A stretch of 64,000 bases of DNA, from positions 45,694,001-45,758,000 of the forward strand of contig OZ024749.1 of NCBI GenBank assembly GCA_964016885.1. Reading direction: 5' to 3'. Position numbers and translations under genes: made by a program. Source of the stretch: Eledone cirrhosa (taxonomy: Eukaryota). The notes below the pieces were generated by a model, which made no database searches, was not told where the DNA came from, and was given only the letters and a program-made list of their open reading frames with translations. Below, piece by piece: positions 15,136-30,798 of this stretch (position 1 is its first letter; each line of letters starts with the position of its first letter).

Positions 15136-16246
15136 TAATAAATATAATAAAAATCATAATAATTATATTTAGAAAAAATATTATTAATAATAACAGGAAA
15201 AATTAACAATAAACGTAATACAAATATTAATAGTAATAATAGCAATGCCATATATGGTGATAATATTTACCTATTATGAAAATAGTGATCACCATGATTG
15301 TTATAATGCGTGTAAATGCTTCTAGCAATAGATTATTAAAGAGAAATCATTCTTAAAGATAACTGAGGTAGTTGTTTAGTTTTTCATATTCTCTATCTAG
15401 TTGCCTTTTTTCCCCTTTTGTTTTAATATGAGTTTCCTTGATTCTTGTATTTTCTATTTTATGTTTTGTTATAATAATTAACTGTTTTGACTTAATTTGT
15501 TTCTTCAATTTTTAAAATTATTATGTTTTACTTTCGCAAACTTGGTTCACAGTCTTCGTGAAAGTGTTCCTCCATTTTTTTTCTTTTTCACATAATTGAC
15601 AGAACTATAGATAAATTTTTCCTTGCTCAGTGTGAATTATAATTCGAAGTGAATTATAATAGAAAATATCGTGCGAGATAACTGTTGATTATCAATTATT
15701 CACCAAAAAATGATAACGCAACATGAAACTCCAAGGCGTACATGTATATCAACACAACAATTTATATATACAACTCGCTCATACTTACGGTTATTACAAA
15801 AATAATGCACGCATATATGTAAAACGAAATATGACTAAATATATATACAAATAATAGAGCGCAACATTTTGAAGGTATATGTGCGTGCATACATACATGC
15901 GTACATATATAATACATACGTACATAAATGTGTATATATTTATACGCTCACAAAACGGGAAGTCATACATAAACACGTATACATACATAAACACAGAGAT
16001 GCACACAAACACACACATGCATACATACACACATATACACACACACACACATATATATATATGTGTGTCTGTGTATTGTGCATTGTGCATATATATATGC
16101 ACAATGCACAGAAATATACATGCATATATATATATATATATACATCCTTAGACATGCACACACACACACACACACATACACATACATATATATGTGTGTG
16201 TGTGGTGTAAGAATGTATATATGTATGTATGGATCCATGTATATGC

Positions 16247-16390
16247 AAAAAGTAAACAAATACAACAAACAGAATAAAAAACAGTACCATAAAGGAATAT
16301 ATTAGTTTAACGCTGGTTATAGTTGGAGACGTGCCATTATGTTTCGAAGATTAGTACTTCATCAGAAGTGAGAAGATGAAGGAACAGAAA
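16247..16390 (-). mobile_element. Family D element end with decayed hammerhead
   Basis: Shares aaggaatatattag.ttaacgct with 18308-18330. Minus strand reads CTGATGAagtactaatcttcGAAAc at 16341-16365. Confidence 0.5.
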
Positions 16391-17452
16391 CAAATGATTA
16401 TAGAAAAACCACCTGTGTGTTCAGTCATTTATTTTTACGGAAACTTTTGGTCATAAAGTATCTTAGGTTTTTAGAGAGGTTTGTAAAGGAGTTAATTATT
16501 GAATGGACTCGTGTGTTTAGGGATGCATGTGTATATAATGTGTGCCTATGTATGCCCACATACACACACACACAAAGACGCACAGACACACACATATATA
16601 TATACAAATATTCATCTATTTATTCCCCATTTTTGCTTATCCCATTTTCCTTCATCAAAACTTATACAAAACAACAAAACTAACAAAAATAAAGGTATAT
16701 ATATATATATATATATATAAACAAGACAAGTTTATCGCATAATATATAGAAATGCGTCTCTTTTCCCAAATGTAAGAAAAAGCCTTTTAGATGAATATAA
16801 CGTCTATCTTGTGGAAAACGCAAAAATGCTTTAAACATTAAAGAGATCTGACTTAAACAAAGGAAACCACTGGAAGGTATGTAGATAAATACGGTAAAAA
16901 CTCTTCTGTGTGTGTGCGGCGTGGAAGGTATGGCTAGAGGTAGTATACCCAAAGGAATATATATAACTGTTAATTATTCGTATTTTCATGAGATAAAACG
17001 AAGTGTTCTAGGTGTGGCAACGTTTAGATATATTTACGTTTATTTATTACTGTTGCTGATTCTTTATTTTTTCAGAACAAATTATATGGAATTCATCTAA
17101 CATAAGCTCTTATTGTATATAAAGTTTATCTAGTTGTATACATATGGATACCTTTTCATAAAACATTTAGGGAATCACCACATTCTTAAACATTAAGGAT
17201 AATCCTTTGAGTTTTCATGATTCATTATTTGTTTTATTTTATGTATTTCTCTCTAATAGCTTCAACACTGTTTGAAGAAGTAGAAGTAAAAAAAAAAACT
17301 ACTGATGAAATTAAAGCTGCAATAACCAAGGACGGGATGGAATGCTTAATACATGCTTAAGGTTTGTAAATTCAAATCCTTTCCTTGCGATCTCTTTCTC
17401 TCTCCTCCAGCCTGCGCACGCATTGATACATACACTGCTGCTGTTGCTGTTG

Positions 17453-17530
<78 letters not shown>

Positions 17531-17566
17531 ATAATAATAATAATAATAACAATAATACTACTACTA
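17453..17566. repeat. (CTA)n/(ATA)n microsatellite
   Basis: Directly visible. Confidence 0.97.
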
Positions 17567-17783
17567 AACAGACCCACAAAAACACAGATAATCTACCAGT
17601 GAAGTACTGGAATCGATTTAATCCACTCCCGCCTCCAACAAATTACTGGCCGTTTGCAAAAATTAGAAAACATTGATTCTATAAGTTTTTAGTGTTTTAC
17701 GCGTCTAATATACAAAATGAACTCCATCAGATAAGTGATCCGCTAGAAATAACACCAAAACGTCCTTCACATTACACTATGAA

Positions 17784-17941
17784 TAATTGTTTCTACTTTT
17801 GGCACGAGGCCAGCAATTACCCAGTAAGGATGAAAGGCAGATTTAACCTCAGCGGGATTTGAACTCAGAATTGCAAGGGCCGTAACTCTATGCGTCAAAG
17901 CATGGCGTCCGACCCTTCCCGATACTGCCAATCCAGCGCCC
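17784..17941 (-). mobile_element. tRNA-SINE with internal deletion
   Basis: Consensus head and tail are present, the central gtcgataaaataaagtacc segment is missing, and tgaataatt flanks both sides. Confidence 0.85.
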
Positions 17942-18216
17942 TTACAATCTGAATAATTTTGAATGTAGCGTGCGAAAAAGAAAATGCCGAATTAAACACC
18001 AAACTAGGGTAATCTTGTCTTGCATATCTTGAGTTTCCAAGTCATCAGCATACGTATATATGTTATATGTTGTTTAGTATTATATATTTAATATATTTAT
18101 ATTTATAGATTGCGATACAAAGAACAGTAAGACCACTAATTATAGAAGTTCAATATACATACATACACACACCTAGAAACTCACACGCACACACAAACGC
18201 AGGCACACACACACAT

Positions 18217-18252
<36 letters not shown>

Positions 18253-18349
18253 GTGTATATATGTAAAAGTAAAACAGAAATAACAACAAATTCGGTACAT
18301 TATATGGAAGGAATATATTAGGTTAACGCTTCATATAGCCGGAAGATGG

Positions 18350-18385
18350 TCTTAACATTTCGGACGCTAGTCCTTCATCAGAAGA
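18350..18385 (-). ncRNA. Minimal hammerhead-like motif (family D)
   Basis: tctt-CTGATGA-a-ggac(tagc)gtcc-GAAA-tgtt-aaga. Stem II is perfect, and stem III is probably a mutated AACGUU palindrome. The element continues to the (TA)n at about 18262. Confidence 0.6.
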
Positions 18386-19139
18386 AAGAATGAGAAATAA
18401 GACAGATGGAGAGGACGGACGGGTTAGAATTGGAAAAAATGTCTTTAGATAAAAATAACAGGTCCATTCATGTTGACTTCTCTTGGAATATATATATGTA
18501 TATATATGCATACACATACATGTATTCTATATGTAAATGTATAAACACGTATGCATTCTCGTGTTGAACTAATATCATTATAGATTTCCCATAAATCATA
18601 ACATGAGGCTTTGAAGGACAATATGAAAAATAAAAGAATGTCATTATTATACCCCAAACCCTACATACAACCTCTCAAACCCAAACTCTAAAGATGTAGA
18701 AAAATTAAGACAGGCCAAAAATGTAGAAAACATACTGACATGTCATGTAGAATAACAATTTTAAAAAATGCAGCAAAAAAAATGGAGGAAATTGCATTAA
18801 AAAAATATTTGAAACATTTTTAAACATGAAAATAAAAAAAAATATTTGAATAATTTATGCGGAGTGAAGGGTTTTGTCAGGGGTAGGGTTAACGGCAGGA
18901 ACAGACGATATAAGGTCAGATGATACCGATTAAAAGGTCATGTCAAAGAAATGTTTCTTCAATCATCGTTTTATGTTGCGCTTGTTATCATTTATATGTA
19001 GTCATTATTTGTATTATTTTTTGGATATTTGATTTCTTGTCTCTTTAAATTTCTTTCTTTTAACATGATTTATAGATGTCCTTTTTTTAAATCTTGATTC
19101 GCTTGTGTCATTTTTATTTGAGAAATTATAGATCTGAAT

Positions 19140-19718
<579 letters not shown>

Positions 19719-19944
19719 ATGACAGATTTCTAATTCGGATATCTCTATTGAAATAATGATGATGGATATAGAAATATGTGCTATGTCAGAGATCAGTCTG
19801 GCAATTGTTAAAATGCATTAAATGTTATTCTGTACTATAATAGTTCTACAAGTACTGAAACAACACAACAACTACAATATCAACCTGACAACAATACTGA
19901 TTATGAAACTAACATGAAGAGAATGAGGTCAATATTTGTATCGA

Positions 19945-20345
19945 GGGTGGTTGATTGGCAGAATCGTTGGAGCGTCATATACCATGCTCTGTAAGCATAT
20001 AAGTACAGCCCTTTCCGTTCTGAGTTCAAATTCCGGCGAGGTTAGCTTTCCCTATCACGCTTACGGGGTCGATAAAAAATGCACCAGTAACGCACAGGGG
20101 TTAATTAAATAGACTTTCCCTTCCTCCAAATTGTAACACTTCCTACATTATAAACTATATATCTAATACAATAGCGTACTGGTCCAGTAGAGTGATTTTG
20201 TCGCATGTAATAGAATATCGGACTGGATGTCTTGTGCCTGTATTTCGGCTCTTAGAATTTTAAGTTCAAAGTACCAGTAACGCACTGGTGTTAACAATTT
20301 TTGACTTTCCCCTCCCCCAAAATTGTTGGCCTTGTGCCTAAATAA
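19945..20345 (+). mobile_element. Older long-subfamily SINE with 3' extension and second tail
   Basis: SINE head and body 19945-20130. The extension 20135-20222 is shared with 41348-41436. A tail fragment lies at 20268-20345. Confidence 0.7.
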
Positions 20346-20731
20346 TAAATCATTATATTTCTTTCTGTATGGCAATGATCGAATATTCAATGTTTCAATG
20401 ACAATCATTTACATTATAAGCCCATAAATATAATTCTGAAGTAATGAGAAAACTGGCAATTATATCTACATCAATATTTTACGTGACTCTTTCATACCCA
20501 ACTAAATGAATAATAAAACACAAATTTGCCCGGATAGTCGACCTTAATCTGAACCCAAAACGTGATTGGAAGTGGAAAGTGAGAAAATATACCACAAGAT
20601 TCTTTGGAATGCACTCATCTTAATATTGTACTCTACTAACCTTTTTTGCTAAGAATAGCATTGGGAAAAATAATACAACGATTAGCATTAATGTATAAAT
20701 GTATATATATATATATTTACCTAACTCTCTC

Positions 20732-20843
<112 letters not shown>

Positions 20844-21201
20844 GAGAGAGAGAGTTAGGTAAATAGATATGTGTTTAAACACACTAGTACATGAAATGAT
20901 AAAGCGATTATCTGTGAAAGAACTATCAGAAAAATTTAGAAAATGATCTTCTGTTTAACATACATAGAAAGTTCATCACCGTCGCAGTATTGGTCGTCAT
21001 AAAATAGATTTCCAATCAAGCTATATCTCTCCCTTACTCTATCATATATTGGTGAACGTTGCCAATTATTTACGTTAATCTTCGAATATCACTTCTTGAA
21101 ACAAACGATTAATTTCCGGTAGTTAGCGCTACGAACCAACATATACATACAGACATACATAATGATATGTACAATATATACACATTCGAACGTCTATATA
21201 T

Positions 21202-21265
<64 letters not shown>

Positions 21266-21709
21266 ATATATATATTTATCGATCGATAGAGAGACTGTGA
21301 GTTAGAGAGAGAGTGAGAGAGATATGTAGTCCATAATCAACAGATCTAAGAAATTGTTTGCCTAGTTTATTCTTAGATGTAAAATGATATTAATTCACGG
21401 AAGACTGGCAAAGAAATATCTCCTGTAGTTTGGGAAGGAAATTTAAATTAGAACATAAACAAACTAGCTACAGTTTGCCAGGAAATATAACTAATACATA
21501 TAGGTAAATAAAGTGCACGTCTTGGAATGATTTTATTAAGAATTGGGAGAGGATCAACAACTACTATGGGAATACGAAAAACAAAATTACAGTCTCCAGA
21601 AGAGTTATTGATAGTATACGTTGGCGAAGATTTACATTCTCGCATGATTTGCGAAGGGTTGAACTTTACAGATTTCAATCAAGGAAACTATTGTCGTTGA
21701 AAAAATAAT

Positions 21710-21880
21710 TGTTCCTACTTTTGGCACAAGGCCAGCAATTATTCCAGTCTATTACTGGTACTTTTTTTTATCGACCCCGTAAGGATGAAAGGCAAAGTTA
21801 ACCTCGACGGGTTTTGAACACAGATCATAAAGGGCCGTAACACTTTGCTGCAAAGCATGGCGTCCAACCCTCTACCGATA
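21710..21880 (-). mobile_element. 5'-truncated tRNA-SINE, 15-bp TSD
   Basis: cgttgaaaaaataat at 21695-21709 and 21881-21895. Confidence 0.92.
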
Positions 21881-22435
21881 CGTTGAAAAAATAATGATCG
21901 ACATATAGTGTTCCGAAACTAAATTCTGTTCCGTATTATATACATAATGATTATATTTTCCGTCATTCCATTATCAACTATGTCTACCTGGTTTATCCTC
22001 TCGCCGAGCGATGTGGTTAACAGTTGGTAACAGTTCAATATTGCTGTTCATAATTAAACTCTAAATACATTTAACATAGAAATCATTCCCCCGTGTTTAA
22101 ATCACCCATTATATGTTTGGTAACATTTCAGTTTGGATTCATAATATATTATTCGACCTAAAGTGGCATCAGTAGTATTTGAATTTCTAGCAACTTAGGA
22201 ATAGACTGTAGGAGGTAAATAGGGTATATACGAGTATTATTCAACAGAATGGATCAATAAAATATTGATAAAGCAAGCGATTCTGTGAAATCATCTATCA
22301 TCTATAGCAAAGAAACGACTGCTGGAAAGAAAAGTAAAATACAAACCAGGAAAGTCAACCGGTATAATTTCTGCAAGGTAAAATCACCGAAATAAGAATA
22401 TACAGGATGTTTACAAATAATGATTACTAGTGTAG

Positions 22436-22628
22436 TCACAAGGCCAGTAATTTTAGGGGAATCGATTAAATCGACCCAGGTACGTCACTGGAGCTTTATT
22501 TTATCGATCCCGTAATGATGAAAGCAAACTTAACCACGGCTGGATTTGAACTCAGACCGTAAAAGACCGTAACTCTATGCTGCAAAGCATGGTGTCTGAC
22601 TCTCTACAATACTGCCAATCCACTGCCC
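22436..22628 (-). mobile_element. tRNA-SINE, long subfamily
   Basis: Carries the extra gggtcgatttaatcgattcccc segment before the tail. Confidence 0.85.
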
Positions 22629-23911
22629 TAGGGTAAATAATAATAAGGATAAAGATCCCCTAACTCCTTGAATCGTAGAGGCACCGTCATACTCATGTCT
22701 AGCTCACTTTTAAACCTGGCGCAGCCCAACCCTCTACAGGTCTGAACACAGCCAATTTTTCTTCTATAGGGAAGAATCGAACCCAGGATTTTTACGACCG
22801 AACAAAGAAAAATATACAGGAGGTGAGGTATATAAACAGTGTTAAGAAGACGGCAATATCTCAAGGTATGGACATGGAGCTGGTAAAGTAGAGGGATGCT
22901 ATTCTGTGAGGACAAGGAGAGAAAGCAAAGAAGGTCTATGGAAGACGAAAATAGAAAAGAGCAGGTATAATGCTTCTCTGGTTGACAATTGCAAACAAGC
23001 TAGTTTTTTTGTTCAGATTACCTGAATTGAATTCTATTTACAATATACTGGTGTAGATTATGAACGAATACGACGAGATCTAACTTAGAACTATGTGTGT
23101 GAGATATAAATTAATATCAACACAGCCAGCCATGCCCACGATCTATTAAAGGAATATGAATAAACAAATTAATTGTTTAAGGTCAACACAATAGGAAAGA
23201 AACTGAAATTAACGAATTGTTGGAAAAAAATCAAAAGAACCTTTAAGGTAAACTCATTATACCTGATAACGTGATCGATAGATTAAAAACGCAAGTATAA
23301 GATGTGGAGAGGTTTCTCTCTGACTCTCATTAATAGCATCGAATTTCGATCGACCTCATAGTATTACATAATTAAGTGGAACGAGTTTTTCAATTTATTG
23401 ATTGATTTATTTCTTTATATATTTTCTTCCAATCGGAAGTATCTAATCATAATAAACATGCAGAGAATTATTAGATGTGAATTTCATATAGTGAATCGAC
23501 AACGCGAAGTAATTGAAATGAAAATGATTTACCACCTTGAGATTCTATCGAAAAAAGAATAGGCAAAACAAAGAAAAAAGGTAATTAAATATATACATAC
23601 ATGAATAAATAAAGATAAACATAAATGATAAATACCTGCAAGAAAATTGTATTTCATTCAATTTCCGTTTATTTTACTATATTTTTTACAACTAATCTTA
23701 ACATAATGCATAAAAGACATTTTTTGTTTTGTTTTTACTTTTATTTTTTTGGGTCGAAACGTTTCGCACCATTTATCTTTCTCTCTCTCTCTCTCTCTCT
23801 CTATTACACTTTAAGTTTGGGGTTTCTCTGTCTCTTTTTCTTATCACATTCTCTATCTATCTCGTCTCGCTCTGACTTTCAGCTTGGCTCTCTCTGTCTC
23901 TTTCTCTCACA

Positions 23912-23956
<45 letters not shown>

Positions 23957-24124
23957 TCTCTCTCTCTCTCCCTCTCGTCTCGCTCTGACTTTTAGCTTGA
24001 TTCTCTTTGTCTCTTTCACACCAAATTATGTTAATTTTATTATTTCTTAGATTGTGAAGATCGTGTTGCCAATGCGATTTCCTCTTAATATAAAAGTAAT
24101 GTCAAATGTGTAAAATCACTAACG

Positions 24125-24161
<37 letters not shown>

Positions 24162-24236
24162 AATAAATGAAACAAAAAAAGCACAGGAGTTACTTTTACA
24201 CAGTTATACTTTATATGTAAATATGATGAATGTATA

Positions 24237-24284
<48 letters not shown>

Positions 24285-24361
24285 TATACACATTCATATA
24301 TATATATGCATATACACATAGGTATGCATATGTATATATGTTCATTTAGGCTTATATGTAC

Positions 24362-24420
<59 letters not shown>

Positions 24421-25527
24421 TAATACACAAATACTATTCCGTGTTATTAGATTCCCGCACTAGAACAAAATACCGTTTACTATCTAAACTATTCATTCAT
24501 TACCTACGAAAATTTGATTGGTGACGATCAATGGTTATCCATTTGTTATATAGATACCTTTCACTCTTATAGAGTTTTCACGCTTCGATAGATAAAATCT
24601 CTATCACTACAGTCCTCTAAATTTAACAATACTACGCCCTTCATTGAGATGTAATACATTCTTATGGGTTTTGTAATTATTATGCCAATGTTCCTAAATT
24701 TAATTAACTAATTAATGTTGAACTCTATTATGTGTATTTTGAAACGCTTATATTCTTATTATCTACACATATAGCGGGATATGTGCCATGTATATAGATA
24801 TGTTATAACGTATATTGGAAAATGCCCACTTAACTATCATCTACATATGTAGCCGATGACATATTAAAGAGTGGAATAATTTAGGGACATGAATTGATCA
24901 GGGAGTGTCAATTATTTTTTTAACAACACCTATATTGAATACCTTCCGTGATCTTTTATAATCAGTTTCGGTTGTATCTATCTATGGTTATTTGCTTTCT
25001 ATTTAGTGATGTTCCATAAAAATAGCGTTTAGAGACATAGTATAAAGTTGAATTAAGATAATAGTTTCAAATTTAAGATAATTGTTTCAATTTCGCACGG
25101 TCACAATTGTTTCCGATGAGTTTAAGTCAATTATATTGACACCAGGATTTAGGAAGAATGAGAAGCAAAGTTGACCACCATTGGATTTGACATCAGTCTG
25201 TAAAGAACAGGAACAAATGAACAAATCATTTTAAACGACACACTGTCGATTCTACCAATCCACAGCCACAACTCAATGATTTACAAGTTTGACAGAGCGT
25301 CAACAAATTTCGTGGACTCAAAAGAGGATTATATTGAACCCAGTGCTTTATTTTATAGATATCGAAATGATGAAAGAAAGAGTTGATCTCCGTGCAATTT
25401 AGGATTCATGCATAAATGTTATGTCACCATAAACATCATTGATAAAACTCTAAATAAATTGTATATTTCAAATGTTCTATTAAGTATTAACTGTACAAAT
25501 TAGTCCGAGTTATATATTAGTATATTG

Positions 25528-25715
25528 GTGTATTGGCAGTATCGGTAGAGGGTCGGGCGCTATGCTTTGAAGCATAGAGTTACCTCCCTTTATGATCTGA
25601 GTTCAAATCCCGCCGAGGTTAACTTTGCCTTTCATCCTTACGGGGTCGCTAAAATAAAGTACCAACAATGCACTGGGATAATTGCTGGCCTGGTGCCAAA
25701 AGTAGAAACAGTTAT
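25528..25715 (+). mobile_element. tRNA-SINE with TSD
   Basis: Consensus match. agttatatattagtatatt occurs at about 25508-25526 and 25709-25727. Confidence 0.9.
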
Positions 25716-25845
25716 ATATTAGTATATTATTTCCTTCACACCCACACAATCACACCCAATACGCACACGAAAGCACATACACAAATGTATATTTTTTTTT
25801 GTATGTGTGTGTTTGTGCGTGTCATTGTAAATGCACTTGATTACA

Positions 25846-25848
25846 TGT

Positions 25849-25914
<66 letters not shown>

Positions 25915-25961
25915 GTATATATATATATATATGTGTATATATATATATATGTATATATATG

Positions 25962-25996
<35 letters not shown>

Positions 25997-26005
25997 ATAT
26001 ATATG

Positions 26006-26080
<75 letters not shown>

Positions 26081-26109
26081 GTATATATATATATGTATAT
26101 ATATATATG

Positions 26110-26156
<47 letters not shown>

Positions 26157-26229
26157 GTATATGTATATATATATATGTATATATATATGTATATATATAT
26201 ATGTATATATATATGTGTATATATATATG

Positions 26230-26317
<88 letters not shown>

Positions 26318-26360
26318 TATGTATGTATATATAAATGTATATATATATATGTATATATAC
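25846..26360. repeat. (TA)n/(TATG) array
   Basis: Directly visible. Confidence 0.97.
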
Positions 26361-26817
26361 TATGTGTGGGTTTGTGCATGGGTTGTATTTAACGATAGCA
26401 AGGCACGGCGTGCATCTATATCTATATATATTCACCTTTATCTCTCCATTTTCTTCACATATATATGTCTATAAATCGGTGTGCATGTGTGATTGTATGT
26501 GTATGACTTGGGGGTGAAAGGAGAAGAAAGCATGCCCTCATATTTTCTAATGTAATAATAGGCTAATTTGCAGTGGTAAATGTGTTTACTGATTCCAATA
26601 ATTGACACCGTTAATATCTCACATGCTGCTTTACATAATTGCTTTTAGAGCACAGAGTAATTAAGGTGATTTCCGTATGTATTAAAACATATATCTCTCA
26701 ATCTATCTGTTTTCGTATGAATAGATTTATATATGTATATAGTAGGTATATATGGGTGGATTAGACAAAGTATAAATCATGCATATATATGTAAATATAC
26801 ACACACCCACACACACA

Positions 26818-26868
<51 letters not shown>

Positions 26869-26872
26869 TTGC

Positions 26873-26914
<42 letters not shown>

Positions 26915-26951
26915 TTAGGGTCTCTCCAAAACGTATATGCACACTTCAACA

Positions 26952-27083
<132 letters not shown>

Positions 27084-27089
27084 CTGTGC

Positions 27090-27124
<35 letters not shown>

Positions 27125-28104
27125 TAGAGTCGTCTACTTAGATATGCCTCTGCATGTATTCATGCTTTTGATGAAAATATTCTAATTTAAAGAAACATAA
27201 AAACAAATTAGTTCTCTACAAACGTGAGGTTATAATCATTCAATACATTCATAGAGAATGTGAACTTACATACCAATGTTGTTTTTATTTTGTTTAATGC
27301 ACATACCAAACAACCCTGTGTATTAATCATATGTGTGCTTGTGTCTGTATGCGGCCTCATCTGTGGATATATATATATATATATTTATATATATTTATAT
27401 ATATATGCATGTGAGTGTGAGTATGTGTTAGGTTGTTCGTGTGAAAGTGTTTGTGCTTATATTTTTTCATCGGTGAAGATCTATAATATTTACCTCTCAA
27501 TTCTTAGCATGTTTTCGAATTAAAATGTATCTACAACTGTTGAAATATTTTTCAAATTCAGTAATCTATCCTATCAAGTTATTTAAAGCTATTAAATCGT
27601 TAAAATTATGTCCTACTATCTTAAACTGTGCAATGTGTATTTTACGAGAGAGATTGCTGATTTAATGAACAAATTGTCGATTTATATATTGCTTGTAATT
27701 CACAACACATGAATTTAATGTCAGTTGTAGAGTTATATCATACTCATGAGTTAACATAGAAATAAGCGTAACGAAATACATATTCTTCTGTCAATGAAAA
27801 AAAAATGTAACCCGTATACGTTTGATTCTCTTTGAAAGACCCCTCCCTGCAATGTAAATAAATTCTTGCCGCACCATAAGGAAACTTGTTAATTGATTTT
27901 AAGACATATTAGCTTGCAAATTATACAGACTCTTTGCAAGTATCGTGTAACTTGTGAGAGTTCAGGAATTCCAGAAGACGATTAAACGGTAGAGTGAATA
28001 ATTACCACGCTCTAACGATACTGACAATCCCTGATTGTCAGTATCGTTACTGTACTGTACAGTAACGATACTGATATACCCTGGTAGAAAGGATGATCAA
28101 ATAA

Positions 28105-28270
28105 ATGTTTCTACCTTTGGCACAAGGATAGCAATTTCGAGGGAAGGGGACAGCCGATTTAATTAACCCCAGTGTGTTTCTGTGGCTGAATTTTAGCGAA
28201 CCCGTAAGGATAAATGTCAAAGCTAACCGCGGATGGATTTGAAGTCTGCACGTAAAGGGACATAACTATA
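28105..28270 (-). mobile_element. Old long-subfamily SINE
   Basis: Diverged match including ggcacaagg, cccgtaagga and ggatttgaa. Confidence 0.65.
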
Positions 28271-28403
28271 TACCACACAGACTGTTAATTGATGCTGTAT
28301 CTATCCCCCGTTAGCAAGGCAAATAATTACATAATTATATATAAATTCCACTATATATAATATCAGTGATTCTTACATTGAATAGATATTTACATAGGTT
28401 GTT

Positions 28404-28435
<32 letters not shown>

Positions 28436-28879
28436 TATATATATACTACCTAAAGTTGTTATATTTTGTATGTCACCACTGTTTTGATTGACAAAAAGAA
28501 TTGCTTTTGGAGATCATAAAAAGTTGGTTAGATATTAGAGTATGTTATAAAATTCCTAGTTTGGCTGAAATTTAAGGCATTGCTGGTGCTATTTCTAGCA
28601 AGTCAAGAATTGCGAATCGTCAGGTTAAACCGCAGTGTCTTCCTAAAAAAATGCACGGACATGTATGTAAGTTTGTGTCATTTGCTATGCGTTTCCGTTT
28701 ATATACTTTTTATATTTATAGATAGCATCTGATTTCTAAATATTCTAAGATCTTTCAGTGCTGCATATACACATAACTGTACATATTTAACTTTGATTAA
28801 CTTCATATGTATAAGTCTCTAACACTTTCCCATGTTTCGCTAATGCACGTTAGAGAAGTTTAAGTTTCTATAGAAATTG

Positions 28880-29050
<171 letters not shown>

Positions 29051-29203
29051 TGTATATATAGATAAATAACAAATCCCTGCTTCCACTGCGATAAGGAAAT
29101 CTGTGAAACAAAATCAAATATACTAAAATAATATATATATATATATGTATATACACACACACGCACACATATATATTCATACACATATATACACACACAT
29201 ACA

Positions 29204-29300
<97 letters not shown>

Positions 29301-29973
29301 AATATATAAGATACACACAAAAAAAAACTCAGTAGAATGTAAAGAAATCATCAGAAATAAATAAAAACGAAAATAGAAAGAAAATCAGATGCAAAAGTAC
29401 CATCCTCCATTTTATTGATATTGCAATGTTCGTCAGAGAAAGCGGAATGTCTTATTCTATAGACTTGTAACTCCCCTCTTCTTGTTTAACACTGGTCTCA
29501 GACTTACGAGCAGTTTACATTATTCTCAAGTCACGTTCGCAGTAAAGATTCTTGCGATGTATTGTTTGGCTGACCATCGAATCTCTATTGTATGACAACA
29601 CGCACGGGTTTGCAGGTGTTGGACTCAGGAAAGATCTCAAAACTAGAACGCTTCGATGCAGTCTCACGCATTTGTGCGTGCAGTTTGAATAGTACGGGGG
29701 CCTAAGGGTTAAGAAGCTCTGCGTGCTTATGTATGTGCACATGAATTTCGCGTGTATCAAGATGCATATTTGGAAACGTTCACGATATGCGTGGTACAAA
29801 ATCAATGTGGATGTGGAAGCACGTATTTTTCTAGCGCCATATCAAAACATAGCTTTTAAAGTATTTTCTGTTTTCTCTGATAGCTTTATTTTACTTATTT
29901 TTATATCTTTATATGTCTTTAGGTATATTACACTTTTATTTTAGAATTTATATTTTTTGCCATGTTATTTTTT

Positions 29974-30046
<73 letters not shown>

Positions 30047-30211
30047 GTGTATGTGTGTGTGTGTCTGTGGAAGAAAGGATTTTTGGTATGTGGTTCTGTA
30101 ATGAAAGGAGATACACGTAATCAATAGAAGTACGAACATACAGACTTACACACACATACACACATAAAAACACATACACACACATACTCACACACACACA
30201 CATACACGCAT

Positions 30212-30242
<31 letters not shown>

Positions 30243-30438
30243 AATATATATAGGTATATATATATATATACACATATAAATATATAAGCATTAGCATAGC
30301 ATAGGCAAAATAGACACGTTCCCATATCTATCAACTCAGTCAAAGAGACATAGAAACACGCGTGCCGATATATATAAATGTATATATATATCTACACATA
30401 CATATGTATGTATGTATATATATATATATATATATATA

Positions 30439-30485
<47 letters not shown>

Positions 30486-30734
30486 ATGGAATGGTTTTTT
30501 GCTATTACGTTATCGCAGCATTTTTTGCACCGTTAAGTTTTCTACTTTTATGGTATAAAACAGACTAATACATTTTCATTATGGGAATCATATATATCGA
30601 AATATATATGAAATGTTCGGTGATCTTTAACCAGCCTCCACACATACATATGCATGTATGTATGTATATATATATATATATATATATAGTTAAAATTATG
30701 TGAGGTTGTATGCATGTATGGTTATATTATAGCT

Positions 30735-30798
<64 letters not shown>

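Noticed and set aside
29515-29805. 96-aa minus-strand ORF and TTAACCC piggyBac-like end at about 29705
   Set aside because: No recognisable domain, and no matching second terminus was found.
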